Sequence record: SRR20825006_2797
DNA length: 52,954 bases
Strand: one strand, 5' to 3'
The translations under genes were made by a program, and so were the position numbers. Shown piece after piece: positions 49,137 to 52,954 of the stretch. Each line of letters starts with the position of its first letter. Position 1 is the first letter of the stretch. A model generated the notes under the pieces. The model was not told the DNA's origin. It saw nothing but the letters and a program-made list of their open reading frames with translations, and made no database searches.

Positions 49137-49523
49137 ATGACTGAAAATGTAATCGTCTATGATGGTGAATGTCCATTTTGTAGCCAGTATGTGAAGATGC
49201 TGCGGATACGCGAGTCGGTGGGGACCGTCCGTCTGATAGATGCCCGGTCGTCCGATGAAACGGCTATCTTCGCCCGCAGCAAGTACGATATGGATCAGGG
49301 TATGGCCGCGCGCATCAGTGGCGAATGGTATTATGGGGATGATTGCATCCACATATTGTCGATGATCAGCAGTCCTGTGACAGTGTTCAACAAGTTGAAC
49401 GGCTGGGTATTTCGTAGCCCCAAGCGAGCACGCGTGCTTTATCCCGTTATGCGGAGCAGTCGCAATCTCGTTTTGCGTTTGCTGGGCCGGCGGAAGATCG
49501 GACAATCACTCTCGGAAACCTGA
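49137..49523 (+). CDS. DCC1-like thiol-disulfide oxidoreductase (DUF393)
   Basis: IVYDGECPFC (DxxCxxC), WYYGDD and RNLVLRLLGR. Confidence 0.85.
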   Translation: MTENVIVYDGECPFCSQYVKMLRIRESVGTVRLIDARSSDETAIFARSKYDMDQGMAARISGEWYYGDDCIHILSMISSPVTVFNKLNGWVFRSPKRARVLYPVMRSSRNLVLRLLGRRKIGQSLSET

Positions 49524-49564
49524 GACCCGCAGAGCTGGTTTCTTTCACCCAACTGTCGTGTCTA

Positions 49565-50665
49565 TCAGTTCGCTATCGCAGCTGCTTCTGGTTCGGCGGC
49601 AAAAGCTGCCTTCGCGCGGTTGCACGCATCCAGAAGCGTGTCGATCTGGTGATCTTTGTTCAGGATATCGCGCTTGGAATAATCACGCGTTTGTTGTTGC
49701 ATGGCCGCATAGAAACCTTGGTCATCCCAAAGCTTCCTCACCGCCGACACCCAGTCATCGATTGTTGCGTCCGGGCTGATTAGGATACCGCCCTCGCCAA
49801 CAGATTCCGACAAGCCTCCAATTTTTGTGGCGACGCACGGAATGCCAGAGAAGTGAGCTTCTGATGCAATGCGCCCCCAGGCTTCCTGCCATTGGCTCGG
49901 GATGAGGAGGATCTTGGTTCTGGAATAGACTTTGCGCATATCATTGGTGCGCGGCTTCAGAGTCACATTTCCGCATTTTCGTGCCCACTCGACATTCTGT
50001 TTGCTGACATCTTCGGGAAGTGGCCAGCCTTCAACAAACTCGAACGGAATATCAGGGCAGCGTTCAGCGATCTGGAACGCAATATCGCGCCCTTTCTTGG
50101 GGTGCGGATTAATAAAGGAGACGACCTCTGGTGCATGATCGCAGATATAGCGCTCGGCCATGAACATGGGCGGAATGGGTACCGCGTCTATGCCATACTT
50201 TTCCTTGTAAGCATCCGCAGTAAATTGGGAATTCGCAACATAGATTGTCGAAGCCGGGAGGTCGGCAGGGCTGGCTTCATACTTGTGGAATTCCACGTCT
50301 CGGACGTAGACTACGAGTGGAATGCCAAACTGGGCGAAATGCTTTGCGGTCTTGAAGGGCTTGCCCGCTGTGACAATCAATACGTCCGGCTTGGCTTGTT
50401 TCAGAACCGCGTCACCTTCTTCCCAGACAAACCATTTTCGATAAACAGGATACCCGGGCAGCTTGTCGCGCGTATACTTCATAGGCGTCAACTTGAGCGC
50501 AGCCCGTACAAGGTAACCGAGCCGGTCTTTGTGGTAGAGGCCGGACAGTACTGAGACTTCATGACCGCGTTTGATGATTTCCAGCGACAATTCATGCGTA
50601 CTGGATTGTGATCCGCCTGCAATTTGCGGCGTATGCGGATGAGCAGTGACGAACAATAGGTTCAT
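49565..50665 (-). CDS. GT4 glycosyltransferase
   Basis: GGSQSSTHEL, ANSQFTA and EAWGRIASEA (EX7E). Confidence 0.88.
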   Translation of the reverse strand: MNLLFVTAHPHTPQIAGGSQSSTHELSLEIIKRGHEVSVLSGLYHKDRLGYLVRAALKLTPMKYTRDKLPGYPVYRKWFVWEEGDAVLKQAKPDVLIVTAGKPFKTAKHFAQFGIPLVVYVRDVEFHKYEASPADLPASTIYVANSQFTADAYKEKYGIDAVPIPPMFMAERYICDHAPEVVSFINPHPKKGRDIAFQIAERCPDIPFEFVEGWPLPEDVSKQNVEWARKCGNVTLKPRTNDMRKVYSRTKILLIPSQWQEAWGRIASEAHFSGIPCVATKIGGLSESVGEGGILISPDATIDDWVSAVRKLWDDQGFYAAMQQQTRDYSKRDILNKDHQIDTLLDACNRAKAAFAAEPEAAAIAN

Positions 50666-50690
50666 GGTGTGTCCTGTTCGGTAGGGCGGG

Positions 50691-51761
50691 TTACTGGTCG
50701 GCCAGGGACGTTGCACGTCCGAGCACCGCTTCCAGTGTATCGAGTTGATGATCGCGTTGCAGGGCAGGGCGCGCTGCATAGTCTAGTGAGGCCTGGACCA
50801 GTTGATCGTAATGAGCCTTATCGGTCCACAATCTCTTCAGGGCGCTTGACCAGGTTTCTTCAGGCTCTGACAAATCGATCAAAACCCCGCCGGGTCCTAC
50901 AGATTCTGGCAATCCGCCTTGGGCCGATGCTACAACAGGAATTCCGTTGATATGAGCCTCAGCCGAAATGCGTCCAAAAGCCTCTTCCCATCGACTTGGG
51001 GCCAGCACAATCTTGGCTTCGGCATAGACCTGCTTCATGTCCTGGGTCCGGGCCTGAACCCGAACGTTTGGAAGAGTCGCCAGCGCGGAGTTGAGTTCGT
51101 CGAGGTCTTCCTTGGATAGGGTCCAGGTCATCTGGAACGTGAACGGGATCTCGGGACAGGCGCGGGCGCAATTCAGCGCGATGTCGAGTCCTTTGTGCTT
51201 GTGCGGATTCACAAACAGGACAGACTCACGCCGCGTTTCCGTCTGGTACATTTCTGGACGAATGAGAGGATAGATGATTTCCGACTTCACGCCGAATGCG
51301 TCATCGAACTTTCGCGCCGTGAATTCGGAATTTGCAATAAACTGGCAATCTGAAAACTCTTTGAGGTCTCCCCCCAAATCTTCGAATTCTACATTTCGCA
51401 GGTAGAAAACCAGCGGTACATTCCGGGATTTGAAGCCTTTCGCCAGCCGGGCTGGAAACCCTGACTGTAGAATCACGACGTCGGGTTTGAATGCGTCCAC
51501 GACTTCGGATGTTGAATCCACAGGGTGCCAAGCACGATAAGTGGTGTAGCCGCACACGTCATCGCTGACGATCGTTCCAGACTTCACTTTCAACATTGTA
51601 CGATGACGTAAGCCGAGCCAACCGTCTCCGGTCAGGCCTGAAAATACGCTGACGTTGTGCCCTCGAGCTCGCAATTCCAGAACGAGTTCATGCGTGCTGG
51701 ATTGGGCGCCGCCCGCAATCTGCGGAATATAGGGGTGTGCGCTCGCAATGAGTATTCGCAT
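50691..51761 (-). CDS. GT4 glycosyltransferase (paralog of the adjacent gene)
   Basis: GGAQSSTHEL, ANSEFTA and EAFGRISAEA. Confidence 0.88.
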   Translation of the reverse strand: MRILIASAHPYIPQIAGGAQSSTHELVLELRARGHNVSVFSGLTGDGWLGLRHRTMLKVKSGTIVSDDVCGYTTYRAWHPVDSTSEVVDAFKPDVVILQSGFPARLAKGFKSRNVPLVFYLRNVEFEDLGGDLKEFSDCQFIANSEFTARKFDDAFGVKSEIIYPLIRPEMYQTETRRESVLFVNPHKHKGLDIALNCARACPEIPFTFQMTWTLSKEDLDELNSALATLPNVRVQARTQDMKQVYAEAKIVLAPSRWEEAFGRISAEAHINGIPVVASAQGGLPESVGPGGVLIDLSEPEETWSSALKRLWTDKAHYDQLVQASLDYAARPALQRDHQLDTLEAVLGRATSLADQ

Positions 51762-51804
51762 ATCGTGCTCTCGACTGTGCCAGACGAAATGATGAGTGCA
51801 CGAT

Positions 51805-52954
51805 TTACGCCAGAACTTCACCCGTCAATACATTTGCGACGGTCTCGGCAAGTTCTTCGGCGATCAGACCAAATCCTTCCACATTGAAGTGGATTCCATC
51901 GTCCATTTGCTCATCGACATCCGTGGTCGTCGCCCCGATATAAACGTTGTCGTAAAGTGATGCGATGTAGGCTTGGGCATCCCGGATAGCTGACAGCGCG
52001 CCTTCGGGGCCATCGAGCCAGGGGCCCAGCTCCGGAAAGTCACCCAATTCCTGAATGAAGACGGGGATGTCTGCGCCATACCGGTTCCAGAGGTACTCGA
52101 ACACGCTCGTCGTAGCGTCGATCAGAGCGTCGACAATTGAAGAAGTGTTGCTTCCATCAATCGCGCGCGCATCATCTTCGCCTTGTGCCCAGATAATGGC
52201 GTCGAGATCCTCGCCCGCATTGAGGGCTGCATCTATCTTTGAAACCGCGGTTAGCAGCGCTGGCCCCGGGGAATCTGTATCCACATTCCACCAATAACTA
52301 TTGGCATCGGCCAGCGGGTTGGAGCCGCTGCCGCCTTTGGCGGCGTTGATCAGCGTGGTGTCACCATTGAGATAAGCCTCGATGGAGTCCTCGAACACAA
52401 CCGATCCGATATCGCCTGGGCTCTCGTCATCCTTATGGCGATAGAAGTATCGCTCGGCGTTCGACTGACCGGTGAAGGCGATATAATCGTAATCTTCCGG
52501 GTTGAGTGTGTGAGAAATTGGGGCGATTGAATCGTCTTCGACGATTTCAATCCAGTCGATCCGGGCCTTCTCGCCTGAATCATAGACCGCTTCCACGGAG
52601 ATTTGGTCGCCGGTTTCGAGAGCGACCGAAGCTTCATGAACATTGAACACATCATTATCTGCATCTGCCAGCCAGCTTGTGACGATCTGGCCGTTTACTT
52701 TGATCTGATAGGCCGAGACTCCGTCGCTCTCATCAAGATGGGACAGGCGAACCAGATAGTCGCCGTCAGCACCTGTGAACTGTCCCTCGGCGACGCTGGT
52801 TGTTGCGCTATCCTCCGCGCGTATAACGGCGTCGTTCGAAGCGGTCGAACGGGATTCAGTGATGAACCCATCAGTGAGGACCAAGTCTTCTGCTTCTGTG
52901 CGGCCAAGTCCAATATCCGCAGCTGGAGGTGGCGGCGGAGGCGGCAGCAAGGAC
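51805..52954 (-). CDS. C-terminal part of an acidic modular protein: poly-Pro linker, CBM-like domain and SASA/SGNH acetylesterase (5' end outside window)
   Basis: The frame is open at the window edge. PPPPPPP, then an EAED...beta-sandwich...ARIDWIEI module, then FTGQSNA, WAQGEDDA and DGIHF. Confidence 0.75.
   Translation of the reverse strand, partial: SLLPPPPPPPAADIGLGRTEAEDLVLTDGFITESRSTASNDAVIRAEDSATTSVAEGQFTGADGDYLVRLSHLDESDGVSAYQIKVNGQIVTSWLADADNDVFNVHEASVALETGDQISVEAVYDSGEKARIDWIEIVEDDSIAPISHTLNPEDYDYIAFTGQSNAERYFYRHKDDESPGDIGSVVFEDSIEAYLNGDTTLINAAKGGSGSNPLADANSYWWNVDTDSPGPALLTAVSKIDAALNAGEDLDAIIWAQGEDDARAIDGSNTSSIVDALIDATTSVFEYLWNRYGADIPVFIQELGDFPELGPWLDGPEGALSAIRDAQAYIASLYDNVYIGATTTDVDEQMDDGIHFNVEGFGLIAEELAETVANVLTGEVLA

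Noticed and set aside
52920-52947. GGC/GGA-rich repeat at the window end
   Set aside because: It encodes a poly-proline linker with mixed codons and is not a DNA repeat element.
1-52954. CRISPR arrays, tRNA/rRNA, transposases, integrases, prophage or defence genes
   Set aside because: No spaced direct repeats, RNA gene signatures or such protein motifs were seen.

Overview
Chromosomal segment of an alphaproteobacterium, probably a marine Caulobacterales/Hyphomonadaceae member (inferred from gene style and a CtrA-type box). The left half (1-27.9 kb) is mostly housekeeping: DUF4350/DUF4129, fRMsr, a carboxylesterase, an S9 peptidase-NUDIX-DUF1330-GST-trans-sulfuration operon, a Sel1 protein, ettA, an orphan sulfotransferase and mlaC/mlaA. 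It also holds a SahR-type methionine operon (sahR-metF-split metH) with a perfect operator and a gamma-glutamylcyclotransferase gene between the metH halves, followed by pyk, a CobT homologue lacking its catalytic glutamates, and pimC/pimD-like acyl-CoA dehydrogenases. The right half (28.3 kb to the end) is a large Wzx/Wzy exopolysaccharide locus with an OM beta-barrel, Wzc, ExoL/ExoO-like glycosyltransferases, Wzy, two flippases and two GT4s. Embedded in it are a type I secretion pair and an unusual set of putative tailoring genes: an acyltransferase, an Fe-S GMC dehydrogenase with a Tat-signal partner, a PRTase-HAD fusion, an HTTM-like membrane protein with a DCC thiol-disulfide protein, and a CBM-SGNH esterase. 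A small HfiA-like membrane peptide lies antisense within the locus, downstream of a perfect CtrA box. No RNA genes, IS elements or CRISPR arrays were seen. All family calls come from motif recognition by eye, not database searches.
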